This document shows, one piece after another, positions 40,278 to 51,256 of a stretch of DNA of 64,000 nt. Position numbers and translations under genes: made by a program. The stretch is from an uncultured Acidobacteriota bacterium (lineage in GTDB: Bacteria; Acidobacteriota; Thermoanaerobaculia; UBA5066; Gp7-AA6): assembly GCA_963723535.1 (NCBI GenBank), contig CAVRRE010000015.1, positions 105,445 through 169,444 of the forward strand, in the 5' to 3' direction. Positions within the stretch are counted from its first letter, which is position 1; every line of letters begins with the position of its first letter. The notes under the pieces were generated by a model. The model saw nothing but the letters and a program-made list of their open reading frames with translations. It did no database searches and was not told the DNA's origin.

Positions 40278-41405
40278 TTCAGGAGGAGGCACGCGTGCGG
40301 CTGCCGTCGGCCGCGGATCTCAGGTAGGCCTCGACGAACGGCGTCGAGCCCGCCGTCGAGGACCTTGTCCGTGTCGCCCGTCTCGTGGCCCGTCCGGTGG
40401 TCCTTGACCATGCGATAGGGGTGCAGGACGTAGGAGCGGATCTGGCTGCCCCACTCGATCGACTTCTTCTCGCCGACCCGCTTCTCCTCCTCGGCGCGCC
40501 GCTCGTCGAGGGCCCGCTGGTAGAGACGCGCCTTGAGGACCCGCATCGCCATCTCCCGGTTGCGGCCCTGGCTGCGCTCGTTCTGGCAGCGTCACGACGA
40601 TCCCGGTCGGCAGGTGCGTGATCCGGACGGCCGAGTCGGTGACGTTGACGTGCTGGCCGCCGGCGCCGCTCGAGCGGTACGTGTCGACACGAATGTCCTT
40701 GTCGGCGACCTCGATCGCGATGTCCTCGTCGACTTCCGGCGCGACGAAGACGGAGGCGAACGAGGTGTGGCGCCGCTGGGCCGCGTCGAACGGCGAGATC
40801 CGGACGAGGCGGTGGACGCCCATCTCGCTCTTCAGGTAGCCGTAGGCGTGGTCGCCGTGACGTGGAGCGTGGCGCTCTTCAGGCCCGCCTCTTCGCCGTC
40901 CTGGCGCTCGATCAGCTCGGCCTTCCAGCCCCGGCGCCTCGGCGAAGCGCATGTACATCCGCAGGAGCATCTCGGCCCAGTCCTGCGACTCGGTCCCGCC
41001 CGCGCCGGCGTGGATCGAGAGCCAGGCATTCTTCGCGTCCTCCGGGGCGCCCATCTTGACCGAGAGCTCGAGCTCGTCGGCGAAGGCGCCCGGCCGAGGC
41101 GAGCGACTCGCGCGCCTCCTTCTCCGCGGGCTCGCCCTTCCCGCAGGAGCTCGGAGAGGGCCTCGAGCTCTCCGCGGAGGTCGTCCAGCGTCCGGACCGC
41201 CTCGATCTTCTTCTCGACCCGCGGGTCTGGCGCAGGACGTCCTGCGCTTCCTCGGGCCTGGACCAGAAGTCGGGTGCGGCGGCCTTCTCCCTCAGCTCCG
41301 CCAGCGCGCTCCGCGCCGCGTCCTGATCAAAGATAGCCCCGAAGCGCGGCGAGGCGCTCCGAGGCGGCCGTCGAGGGCAGAGACGAGATCGTCGCGTTCG
41401 GTCAT
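40278..41405 (-). CDS. prfB: peptide chain release factor 2, containing the conserved programmed +1 frameshift site plus several additional (probably artefactual) frameshifts
   Basis: N-terminus [25 protein letters not shown] (in-frame TGA at complement 41317..41319), then +1 frame [22 protein letters not shown]... Later segments in various frames: [106 protein letters not shown]...[74 protein letters not shown]. Confidence 0.85.
41317..41323 (-). other. prfB: prfB programmed +1 ribosomal frameshift site (CUU UGA U, preceded by a G-rich SD-like element GGGG)
   Basis: The minus-strand sequence ...CGC GCU UCG GGG CUA UCU UUG AUC AGG... reads ALRGYL-stop in the zero frame and continues in +1 as DQDAARS... 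This is the canonical RF2 autoregulatory site. Confidence 0.75.
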
Positions 41406-41449
41406 CTGGAGGAGGCTCTCGGCGGTCCTGCGCGGCATGCGTCGGCGCG

Positions 41450-42990
41450 CTCCGCGCACGAGGCGCGCGAGGCCGAAGAGTAGCACGGCGACGTCCGGCG
41501 AGCGTCGTCGAGCCGCGGGATCCAGTAGCCCCAGCGGGTCCAGGCCGTCGGCTCGGCGACGAGGCGGACGACTCCCGTGACGCGTCGTCCTTCTCGTTCG
41601 GGCCGCGATTCCGCGAGGATGCCGCCCGCGCGCATCCGACGATCCCCGAGATGCCGGTGATCGCGGCGCGCATCAGGTACCGGCCGTTCTCGACCGTGCG
41701 CAGCACCGCGCCGGCGAAGTGCTGCTCCTGGGCGCCGGCCCGGCCGTACCAGGAGTCGTTCGTGAGCGTGGCAGGAGGTTGGCGCCGTCGGCCACCTCCC
41801 GGCGCGCGAGCCCGGGTACACGATCTCGTAGCAGACGCCGACGCCGAGCGCGAGGCGCCCCGCGCGCAGCGACCGCCGGCTCCGGCGCGCGGCGTGAACT
41901 CGCCGATCGCCGCCGAGACCCGGCGCACGAAGAAGAAGACCCGCGGCAGCGGCACGTACTCCCCGAAGGGCACGAGGTGGACCTTCCGGTAGGGCGGCTC
42001 CGCCTGAGCCCTCCGCGGGTCAGGAGCCGGGCGGCGTTGTAGTAGCGGCCGTCGGCCTCCTCGTCGAGGTCGCTGAAGAGAATCGCGGTGCCGCGCCCGG
42101 GCGATCGCGGCAGGTCGCGACGGATCCGCTCGCTCCGCTGCCAGCTGGACCGGGAGCGTCGACTCCGGGATCACGATGAGGTCGGGCCGGGCTTCCGCCG
42201 CCGCGCGGGCCTGGGCGAGCAGGGCCTCGTAGGATTCGACGCGCCCTGCGCCGTCGAGCGCATCTCCTCGGTCACGTTCGGCTGCAGGAGCGCGACGGAG
42301 AGCTCTCGCCTGCCCTGCGGCCGCCCGCGGGCCGCGAGAGCCGGAGCGCGCCGAAGAGGCCGAGGGCGGCGACGAGAAGGGCGGCCAGCGCCGCGCGGGC
42401 GCACGCCGGCGAGTCGCGATCGCCCGGGCGAGGAGAGCCGGCCGACGGCCGCGACGGCTCAACCAAGCCGTAGACGCCCCAGAGCGAGGCCGACTGCAGC
42501 CAGAGGGGCTGGCGGAACAGCGCATGGCCCGTGAGGTTCCAGGGGAAGCCCTTGTAGACGAACGACCGCGCGTGCTCCGGGCGGCCCAGAGGAGCGGGAA
42601 AGACGGCGAGCCGCGCCGCGCTGACCCGGCGGCGCCCAGCGCGACCGTGCCCCACGCCGCGAGGGCCGGCCACTCGGCGAGGATGCGGCGCAGGATCAGC
42701 CAGGCAGACGACGCCCATGACGCCCGCTCTGGCCTCCGTACTGCGTGACGACGTAGATGATCCAGCGGATCGACACGCACCAGTAGACCAGGCCGAAGAC
42801 GCGCGCCGGAGAGGAGCGCCCGCGCCGTGCGGCTCTTCTCGCGCGCGAGCGCGAGCGAGCCAGGGCACCAGCGCGAGGGGCAGGACAGACGGACCGCCGA
42901 AGGGCGGAAACGCCAGAGCGAAGAGCAGGCCCGAGAGCGCCCCCGCGGCGGGCGCGTCAGCGCGCCGTCCCCGCTTCGCGCCGTGCGCCG
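41450..42990 (-). CDS. lnt: apolipoprotein N-acyltransferase, multiple frameshifts; boundaries approximate
   Basis: Fragments in several frames: [173 protein letters not shown] (CN-hydrolase domain of Lnt). Confidence 0.6.
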
Positions 42991-43010
42991 GCCGTCTCCG
43001 GCCGGTCGTC

Positions 43011-43895
43011 TCAGCGCGCCGCCTGCGGCGAGAGCGCTTCCTCCGCGCGATACGAGGACCGGACGAAGGGCCCCGCGAAGACGTGCCGGAATCCCAGCGC
43101 CTCGCCCTGCCTCGCGGTAGCCGCTCGAAGACCTCGGGCCGAACGTACTCGACGACCGGGAGGTTCTCGCGCGAAGGCCGGAGGTACTGGCCGATCGTGA
43201 CGATGTCGACGCGGGCCTCGCGCAGGCGCTCGAGGAGGTCCCGGACCTCCGCTCGGCGCTCGCCGAGGCCCAGCATGAAACCCGACTTCGTCGTCAGCGC
43301 CGGGGCGAGGCCTTCGCGGTCGCGCAGCAGCGCCGAGGGAACGGTCGAGGCGCGCGCCGCGGCGCACCTCGCGGTACAGCCGCGGAACGGTCTCGACGTT
43401 GTGGTTGAAGACATCGGGCTTCGCCGCCACGACCGCCGCGATCGACTCGACGCTCCCGCGGAAGTCGGGCGTCAGGACCTCGATGCCGGGCGAGGGCTCG
43501 AGGGACCGCACCGCCGCGGATCGTCTCCGCGAAGTGCGCGGCGCCGCCGTCGGGGAGGTCGTCGCGGTCGACCGAGGTCAGGACCACGAACTGGAGGGCC
43601 ATCTGCTGCGACAGCCGCGCGGACGCGCCACGGCTCCATCGCGATCGACCGGCAGCGGTCTTCCGTTGGCGATGTCGCAGAAGCCGCAGGCCCGCGTGCA
43701 GACGTCGCCGAGCAGGAGGAAGGTCGCCGTGCCGCGCGCGAAGCACTCGCCGCGGTTCGGGCAGCGGGCCTCCTCGCAGACGGTGTGCAGGCCGTGCGCG
43801 CGCATCACGGACTTGACCTCATGGAGATCCGCGAGGCGCAGCTTGCGCTCCCGGATCCACTCGGGAGCGCGGCCGGAGGCGGGCGTCGCGCGTCA
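43011..43895 (-). CDS. lipA: lipoyl synthase (radical SAM), frameshifted; start uncertain
   Basis: Fragments: [70 protein letters not shown] (CxxxCxxC and N-terminal Cys cluster); [29 protein letters not shown]; [52 protein letters not shown]; [43 protein letters not shown]; [25 protein letters not shown]. Confidence 0.8.
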
Positions 43896-44618
43896 CATGC
43901 CGTCCGGGACGACCCAGGGCGACTTGACGTTCTCCTGCCGGGCGAGCTTCGTCGGCGGCCCGCTCGGCGTCGTCCTCGGAGCGCGTAGGGCCCGACCCGA
44001 ACGCGGTAGACCTTGCCCTTGCCCTTCGGGCCGGCCGCGGTCAGGACCTGCGAGCGGAAACCCGCGCCGGGTCAGCCGCTGGACAGCGTGCCGGCCTCCT
44101 CCCGCGAGGAGAGCGAAGCGACCTGCACCCAGAACTTGCCTCCGGCGCGTCGCGGATCCGGCCGGCGGCTTCGCGCGACGGGCGCCGACCCGCCCGACGC
44201 CTCGGCGAGCGGCGAGCGTCTCGGCATCGTCGGCCGAGCCGTCCTGGAAAGTCTGGAGCGTCGCGGGAGGCGTGGGCTCGGCCGGCAGCGGCGTCGGCCG
44301 CCGTGCGCTCCGCCGGCGAGCAGCGTCCGGGAGCCGAGAGGCCCCGAGGGGAGCCGCTCGCCGTCGGCACGGCGGTCTCGATCGGGGGCAGGCTTCGCCG
44401 GCGTCGTCGCTGGGGTTGGCCGCGGCGATCTTCTCGGCTCGGCCTCGGAGCTCCCGCGCGCCGAACCCATCCGCCTCCGGCCCGGCCGGGCGGCCGGAGA
44501 AACCCGCCATCAGCCCGAAGAAGTACGCCACGCCGAGGGAGACGAGCAGACCGAGGAACACGCCGACGGCCTGCCGGGCGGTGAAGGAGATCTGGTAATG
44601 CGTGCGGGGCTCGTCCAC
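43893..44618 (-). CDS. SPOR-domain (septal peptidoglycan-binding) membrane protein, frameshifted
   Basis: VDEPRTHYQISFTARQAVGVFLGLLVSLGVAYFFGLMAG (N-terminal TM) ... low-complexity linker ... GKFWVQVASLSSREEAGTLSSRL...GKGKVYRVRVGPYA..EDDAERAADEARRQENVKSPWVVPDGM* (SPOR motif FxVQVGS). Confidence 0.65.
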   Translation of the reverse strand: MDEPRTHYQISFTARQAVGVFLGLLVSLGVAYFFGLMAGFSGRPAGPEADGFGARELRGRAEKIAAANPSDDAGEACPRSRPPCRRRAAPLGASRLPDAARRRSARRPTPLPAEPTPPATLQTFQDGSADDAETLAARRGVGRVGARRAKPPAGSATRRRQVLGAGRFALLAGGGRHAVQRLTRRGFPLAGPDRGRPEGQGQGLPRSGRALRAPRTTPSGPPTKLARQENVKSPWVVPDGM

Positions 44619-44628
44619 GGCGCGCAGT

Positions 44629-45437
44629 TTAGCGGCCCGGAGCGGCGCGTCGAGCGTTCGCCGGCTTCATTTCCCGGTTCAGGAACATCTTGATCAGGTC
44701 GATCGGCAGCGGAAAGACGATCGTCGAGTTCTTCTCGTTGGCGATCTCGGTCAGCGTCTGGAGGTAGCGCAGCTGGAGCGTCGCCGGCTGGCGGTCGATG
44801 ATCTCGGCCGCCGCCGAGAGCTGCGGTCGCCGCCTGCGAACTCGCCCTGCGCGTGGATGATCTTCGCCCGCTTCTCGCGCTCCGCTTCGGCCTGCTTGGC
44901 CATCGCGCGCTGCATCTCGGGCGGCAGGTCGACCTGCTTGACCTCGACGATGGAGACCTTGATGCCCCACGGGCTGGGTGTGCTCGTCGATCACCTTCTG
45001 CAGGTCGAGGTTCAGCTTCTCGCGCTCGGAGAGCAGCTCGTCGAGGAGCGCCTGTCCGAGAACGCTCCGGAGCGTGGTCTGGGCGAGCTGCGAGGTGGCG
45101 TAGAGGTAGTTCTCGACCTGGACGACCGCCTTCTCGGGCTCGACGACGCGGAAGTAGACGACCGCGTTGACCTTCACCGAGACGTTGTCCTTCGTGATGA
45201 TGTCCTGCGGCGGCACGTCGTGGACGACCGTGCGCAGCGACATGCGGACCATCCGCTCGAACGGCCAGAAGATGAGCACCAGACCCGGGCCCCTTGGGCT
45301 GCTTGCCGAGGCGGCCCGAGCCAGAACGTCACGGCCCGCTCGTACTCGTTGAGGACGTTGATCCACTTGAAGAGGAAGATCAGGCCGATGAATCCCGCGA
45401 CCAGCAAGCCCCGGGAGCGACAACGACGCTCCGTCAT
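44629..45437 (-). CDS. SPFH/band-7 (stomatin-like) membrane protein, frameshifted
   Basis: [38 protein letters not shown]...|[105 protein letters not shown]...|[41 protein letters not shown]. Confidence 0.8.
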
Positions 45438-45439
45438 CC

Positions 45440-46779
45440 GTTCCTCCTTTCCACGAAGAGCCGCGAACCCTCGATCCGCGTGACGCGCACGGCTCGCCCG
45501 GCGACAGGCCCGGCGGGCCCGCCGCCTCCCAGTACTCGCCCGCGACGTGGATCGCGGCCGGAGGTGCCGCCGGGGCCGAAGCCATCCACCACGCGTCCGC
45601 CTCTGCCCACCATCGCCTCGAGGCCCGTGCGCGGCGGCGACAGGCGCAGCTGCAGCGTCTTCCACGTCAGGAGGCCCACGATCCCGAGCGCGAGCGCGAG
45701 CCCGGGAACGATGATGCCGAGGTCGACCCGGTAGCCCGGCCGCGTCGCCCTTCCCGGAGAAGAGCAGCAGGGACCCGGCCACGAGGGCGATCGCTCCGCC
45801 CAGCGAGAGCAGGCCGTGGCTGACGACCTTGATCTCGGCGACGAAGAGGAGGATGCGCGAAGAGGATCAGGCCCAGGCCCGCGAGGTTCACCGGCAGGAC
45901 CGAGAAGGCGTAGAGGGCCAGCAGGAGCGAGATCCCGCCGACCACGCCGGGCAGGATCGCGCCGGGAGTCGAGAGCTCGAAGTAGAGACCCACGAGCCCC
46001 AGCAGGAACAGGATGTACGCGACGTTGGGGTGCGAGACGACGCCGAGGAGCTTCTCGATCGGACTCATCGGCGCGCTCCTCGAGGCGGTAGCCGGCGAGC
46101 GCGAGAGTCGGGCTTCCCCGCCGCCGACCCGCCGGAGCTTCCGGCCGTCGAGCTGCGCCAGCAGATCCGTCATGTCCCTGGCGATCGACCTCGATGAGCC
46201 CCGCCTCCTTCGCCTCCGGTCTCGGTGTACGAGATGCTGTCCTCGACCGCGGCCTCCGCCTTGGCCACGTTGCGGCCGCGCTCGCGGGCGAGCGTCCGGA
46301 CGAAGGCGCGGGCGTCCTGCTCGGCCTTCTCGCTCAGCCGTCGTGGGAAGGTCCTGCCCTTCGCCGCCGACCGGATGCGCCGCGCCCGTGTTCGTCCCGG
46401 GCGCCATCGCGGCGACGTCGCCGGCGAGCAGCAGGAAGAAGCCGGCGGACGCGGCCTGACGCGCCGGCCGGAGCGCACGTAGCGTCGCGACCGGCGCCTT
46501 CGAGGCGAGAATCGCCGAGGTCATCTCCCGCGTCGACGCGAGGAGGCCGCCCGGGGGTGGACAGCGTCACGACGACGAGGGCGGCGCCGTCGGCGTTCGC
46601 GTCGTCCAGGAGCTTTCTTCAGGTAACCCGCGGCGGCGGGATGGATCCGGCGTCTCGATGCGTCCGGCGACGACGAGCGGCGCCGCCTCCGCGGCAGACG
46701 CGAGGCGCCGCAGCCCCGACCCGCGATGAACCGCCGCCGCCAGGAACGCCGCGGCCGCAAGCCAGACGCGCGCTCGCAT
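45440..46779 (-). CDS. NfeD-family membrane-bound serine protease (ClpP-class) paired with the SPFH protein; many frameshifts
   Basis: Signal peptide MRARVWLAAAAFLAAAV...; GFFLLLAGDVAAMAPGTNTGAAHPV; EKAEQDARAFVRTLARERGRNVAKAEAAVEDSISYTE; DLLAQLDGRKLRRVGGGEARL; MSPIEKLLGVVSHPNVAYILFLLGLVGLYFELSTPGAILPGVVGGISLLLALYAFSVLPVNLAGLGLILF. Confidence 0.65.
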
Positions 46780-46827
46780 CGCGCCTTCGAGTCTACCGCA
46801 GCCCCTCCCGGTCGGTTATAAAGGCGC

Positions 46828-47737
46828 GTGCGCATGCGTCCGACGGAAGCCATCCATTTCGCCGCGCTCTTCCTGCTCGCGGTCCTCACGCTCATTTTCC
46901 GCAAGAACCTCGAGGACCCGGCGGAATGCTGCTCGCCTACGCGGTCCTGGCCCTCGCGCTCCTGCCCATGGTCTATCTCTCGCGCCGGCAGGACCGGCTG
47001 CCCGCGCCCGTCTCCCTCTTTCTCGACTTCTATCCGGCAGCTTTCATCCCCATCGTCTTCAACACGCTCGTCGCCGCTCATCACGGCGACGCGCGGCGGC
47101 GCCCGCGACGAGCTCCTCATCGCGGCCGATCGGGCCATCTTCGGCGTCGACGTGACCGTCTGGATGGAGCAGTTCACGCGGCCCCGCCTGAACGACGCGC
47201 TCTACGTCTTCTACGCGACCTACTACTTCATCGCCCTGATCCCGGGGATCATCCTCTGGTTTCGGGATCAGGCGGCCGCGCGACGCTACGTCTTCACCCT
47301 CATGCTCGTGTACTACGTCTCCTACGCCGGCTACTTCACCATCCCGGCGCTCGGGCCCCGCTTCGCCCAGGCGGACCTCTACACGAAGTCGCTGACCGAG
47401 ACTCCGATCTCCCGGGTCATCAACGACACGCATCAACCAGCCTCGAGAAGACGAAGCTCGACGTCTTCCCGTCCGGCCACACGATGATCTCCGTGGCGGT
47501 GCTGATCGTGATGTGGAAGCGGGCCCGCGACGTCTTCTGGTGGCTCCTGCCGATCGCGTCGGTGCTGATCCTCTCGACCGTGTACTGCCGTTTCCACTAC
47601 GTGGTGGACCTGATCGCCGGAGCGGCGCTGGCGTTCGTCTTCGTGCCGCTCGGCGACCGGCTCTACGACCGCCTGATGCGCGAGTCGTCTCCGCTGCTGC
47701 GGAGGAAACCGGGCGGCCCTACAGCGCCTTCTCGTAG
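46828..47737 (+). CDS. PAP2-superfamily (type 2 phosphatidic-acid-phosphatase-like) membrane protein, frameshifted
   Basis: TM-rich; the C-terminal half carries PAP2 motifs ...LEKTKLDVFPSGHTMISVAVLIVMW...LSTVYCRFHYVVDLIAGAALAFVFV (PSGH and SRxxxxxHxxxD-like). Confidence 0.65.
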
Positions 47738-48867
47738 ATCCGGTAGGTCTTGTAGAGCCGGCCGCCCCAGAGGCGGACGGCGGCGATGACGAGCTCGTTG
47801 TCCTCGAGCATCCAGGACACCTCGGCCCCCGTGTAGCCCTTCTTGAGCAGGAAGCGCAGGGAGTCGGCCATCATGATCGACTGGATGCCCGACTGCCGCC
47901 ACGGACCCTTGACCCCGAGCGTCACGACGCGGACCGTCCGGATCCGGCGCCTCGCGAGGAGGAAGCGGAGCCACCCGAAGGGCAGGAGGCGTCCCGCGCG
48001 TCGGCGCGATCGCGACGTTGTAGTCGGGAAGCATGAGCATGAAGGCGATCGGTTCCAGGGTGCCGTCCGGCCTCGGCGCCTCGCCGATCCAGAGGAGCTC
48101 CGGCACCAGGAGGGGCTTCAGGCGCGCCGCCATGAAGTCCATCTCCTCGCTGGTCATCGGCACGAAGCCCCAGTTCTTCTCCCAGGCCTCGTTGTAGACC
48201 TCGCGGATCTTCCCGAGATCGCGCGCGAGGCTGCTCCGGCGGACGTTGCGGACGCGGATCTCGGGGTAGCGCTTCCGGAAACGCTCGCCGACGCGCGTCA
48301 GACGCTCGAGCGGTTTCTCCTCGAGCGGAAACCAGAAGGCCAGCAGGTCCTTGGCCTTCCGGAAGCCCTGCTCCCTCGATCAGGGCGGCATAGTGCGGAG
48401 GGTTGTACGTCATCATCACGACGGGCGGCGAATCGAACCCGTCGACGAGCAGCCCGGCCTCGTCGTTCAGGGTCGGATTGGTCGGCCCGCGCAGAATGGC
48501 CATCTTGCGCTCGCGCCCCCAGACCGCGGCGGCCTCGAGCAGCTTCCCGGCCACGGCGGGGTCGTCCTCCGACTCGAAGAAGCCGAAGAACGCCGCCTTC
48601 TCGCCGTGGAACTCGTTGTGGTTGCGGTCGAGAACCGCCGCGATGCGGCCGACGTCCTGTTCCGCCCCGGTGCGCGACGAAGAGCTGCATCTCGCCGTGG
48701 CGGAAGAAGGGATTGTCGTCCTGGAAGACCTTCGCGAGGTCCGAGCGGATCGGCGCGACGAACGACGGATCGGCGGCGTACAGCGCGTCCGCAACGTCGA
48801 AGAAGCGGGAGAGCTCGGATGGCGAGCGGCGGATCCGCTCGATGGCGACGGGAGCCGGGGCGCTCAA
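47719..48867 (-). CDS. GNAT-fold N-acyltransferase resembling bacterial ceramide synthase (bCerS-like); multiple frameshifts
   Basis: LSAPAPVAIERIRRSPSELSRFFDVADALYAADPSFVAPIRSDLAKVFQDDNPFFRHGEMQLFVA; GRIAAVLDRNHNEFHGEKAAFFGFFESEDDPAVAGKLLEAAAVWGRERKMAILRGPTNPTLNDEAGLLVDGFDSPPVVMMTYNPPHYAALIEGAGL; MTSEEMDFMAARLKPLLVPELLWIGEAPRPDGTLEPIAFMLMLPDYNVAIAP; TLGVKGPWRQSGIQSIMMADSLRFLLKKGYTGAEVSWMLEDNELVIAAVRLWGGRLYKTYRIYEKAL*. Adjacent to and co-directional with spt. Confidence 0.55.
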
Positions 48868-48886
48868 CGTCTCGCTTCGGCGGCGG

Positions 48887-50129
48887 TTAGGCGCGGACGG
48901 TCTTGACCAGCCCGACCTCGCGGCCGACCTTCTCGAACGCGTCGAGAGCCCGCGAGAGCTGCGCGCGCGAATGCGTCGCCATGAGCGAGGTCCGGATCAG
49001 GGCCCGGCCCGGCGGGGTCGCCGGCGAGAGCACGCAGTTCACGAACACGCCCTCTTCCTGAAGGCGGTGGACCATGCGGAGGGCCGTCAGGTCCTCGCCG
49101 ACCACGATCGGGACGACCGGAGTCCGCGATTCGCCGGTGTCGAGGCCCAGCGACTTGAGCCCCTCCGCGAAGAACCCGGTGTTCTCCCAGAGACGGTCGC
49201 GGCGCTCGGGCTCCTTGTCCATGATCTCGACCGTCGCGAGCGCGGCGGCGGCGGACGCGGGCGGCGGCGCCGCCGAAAAGATCAGCGTGCGCGCGCGGTG
49301 CTTGACGTAATCGATGACGGTCGCGTCGCCGGCAATGAAGCCGCCGACGGAGGCCATCGACTTCGAGAAGGTGCCCATGATGAGGTCGACGTCGTGCTCG
49401 AGGCCGAAGTGCTCGGCCGTGCCGCGGCCCGTCCGGCCGAGGACGCCGATGCCGTGGGCGTCGTCGACCATCACGCCCGCCGCGAACTCCCGGGCCACGG
49501 TCACGATCTCGGGGAGCGGCGCGATGTCGCCTTCCATCGAGAACACGCCGTCGATCGACGACGAGCCGTCCCTTGGCTTCGCTGTCGTTGCGCATCTGGC
49601 GGCGCAGGTCCGCCGGATCGTTGTGCTTGAACTTCTTGACGTCGCCGAAGGAGAGGCGAGCCCCGTCGATGATGCAGGCGTGGTCCTGCTTGTCGAGGTA
49701 GACGGTGTCGCCCTTGGAGACGAGGCAGGCGATGGCGCCCAGGTTGACCTGGAAGCCCGTCGAAAACGTGACGGCCGCCTCCTGCCGCATGAACTCGGCG
49801 AGACGCTCTTCGAGGCGGACGTGGAGGTCGAGCGTGCCGTTCAAGAACCTGCTTCCGGCACAGCCCGATCCGTATTTCCGGATGGCCTCGATCGCGGCCT
49901 CCTTGACTCGAGGATCGTTGGTCAGTCCGAGGTAGTTGTTCGAGCCCATCATGATCAGGCGTCGTCCCTCGAGGACGACTTCCGGATCCTGGGCGGATTC
50001 GATGACACGGAAGAACGAGTAAAACCCGGTCTGGCGGACGCGCGTCGCGTCCTCGTACCGGTAGCACTTTTCGAAGAACGGGGAGATTCCCACCGTCTCC
50101 GGTCTGGCCGCGCGGGCGACCTTGCTCAT
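48887..50129 (-). CDS. spt: serine palmitoyltransferase / alpha-oxoamine synthase family (PLP-dependent); frame change near 49560
   Basis: MSKVARAARPETVGISPFFEKCYRYEDATRVRQTGFYSFFRVIES...LIMMGSNNYLGLTNDPRVKEAAIEAIRKYGSGCAGSRFLNGTLDLHVRLEERLAEF...[42 protein letters not shown]...DLIMGTFSKSMASVGGFIAGDATVIDYVKHRARTLIFSAAPPP (PLP-lysine motif GTFSKS). Confidence 0.75.
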
Positions 50130-50177
50130 GTCTCCCCCTGACTTTAAGCCGAATCGGCGGCCGGATCTTAGCAAATT

Positions 50178-51200
50178 TTACAAAGTCGTGCGCCCGGCCC
50201 CCCTGGCCGTCCCCCCGGGAAGCCACCCCGCCCCCCGGTACCAGGCCCAGGCGGCCCGGATCCCCTCGGACATCGGAACCGGCTCGGGGAGGCCCAGGGC
50301 CTGCGCCAGGGGGCTGCCGTCGCAGAGCCAGTCCCCGGCCAGGATCTCCCGGGCCTTATCGGCGTTGAAGGGCTGCGACCGCCGGGTGACGGTTTCGAGG
50401 GCCGTTTCCGCGGCTCCGAGGACGCGCACGAGGCCGTCCGGAACCCGTATGAGCCGTCCCCGCCGGCCCGAGTGCCCCGAGACCGTTTCGGCCAGCGTCC
50501 GCGAGCGTGACGGGCTCCGGATCCGACAGAAACCGGATCCTTCCGAAGAGCTCCTCGCGGCGGAGCGCCCGCACGACGGCGAGCGCCGCCCGTTCGGCTC
50601 CGATGAGCTGGATGCGGGTCGAGGCCGCCGGCACCGGGATCCAACCCGAGGCCGCCATCTTGAAGTACTGAAACAGACCCGGTGTCCCCGGGACCGTACA
50701 CCACGGCCGGCCGCAGCACCGTCCAGGGACCGGGCCAGCCGCGCTCGACGACCTCTTCGGCCTCGCGCTTGGAACGGCCGTACCAGGAGATGGGGCGCGC
50801 GGGATCCTCGTCGCGGACGGGACGGCCCTCGCGCGCCGGACCCGGCCGCGGCCTGGCTCGAGATGAGCACGAAGTGGGCGTCCGGAGCGACGCGGCGGCC
50901 GGCCGAGACGAGACGCTCGGTTCCGCGCGCGTTGACCTCGCGGTAGTCATCGAACGTCCGCGCCTTCGTCAGGCCGGCGACGTGAACGATCGCGTCGACG
51001 CCGGCGAGAGCGGCCGCCAGACTCGCCTCGTCTTCGAGTGTCCCCGTGACGATCTCCGCGGGCAGGCCTTCGAGCAGCGGGCCCGCGGCGCGGCGAGGAT
51101 CGCGCGCGAGCAGCCGCACCGTCCAGCCTTCGGCGGCGAGCGCGCGAGCGACGTGGCCGCCCACGAACCCGGTGCCTCCCGTCAGGAACGCGGTGCGCAT
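50178..51200 (-). CDS. NAD-dependent epimerase/dehydratase-family (SDR) protein, candidate ceramide/3-ketosphinganine reductase (CerR-like); at least three frameshifts
   Basis: MRTAFLTGGTGFVGGHVARALAAEGWTVRLLARDP (Rossmann TGGTGFVG) ...DAIVHVAGLTKARTFDDYREVNARGTERLV...FVLISSQAAAG | ...ISWYGRSKREAEEVVERGWPGPWTVLRPAVVYGPGDTG (YxxxK) | ...RLIRVPDGLVRVLGAAETALE...FNADKAREILAGDWLCDGSPLAQALGL. Confidence 0.6.
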   Translation of the reverse strand: MRTAFLTGGTGFVGGHVARALAAEGWTVRLLARDPRRAAGPLLEGLPAEIVTGTLEDEASLAAALAGVDAIVHVAGLTKARTFDDYREVNARGTERLVSAGRRVAPDAHFVLISSQAAAGSGARGPSRPRRGSRAPHLLVRPFQARGRRGRRARLARSLDGAAAGRGVRSRGHRVCFSTSRWRPRVGSRCRRPRPASSSSEPNGRRSPSCGRSAARSSSEGSGFCRIRSPSRSRTLAETVSGHSGRRGRLIRVPDGLVRVLGAAETALETVTRRSQPFNADKAREILAGDWLCDGSPLAQALGLPEPVPMSEGIRAAWAWYRGAGWLPGGTARGAGRTTL

Positions 51201-51256
51201 CGCCGGGAATTGTATTGACTCGCGAGGGCGGCCACGACAGCATTCGCGCCAATTGA

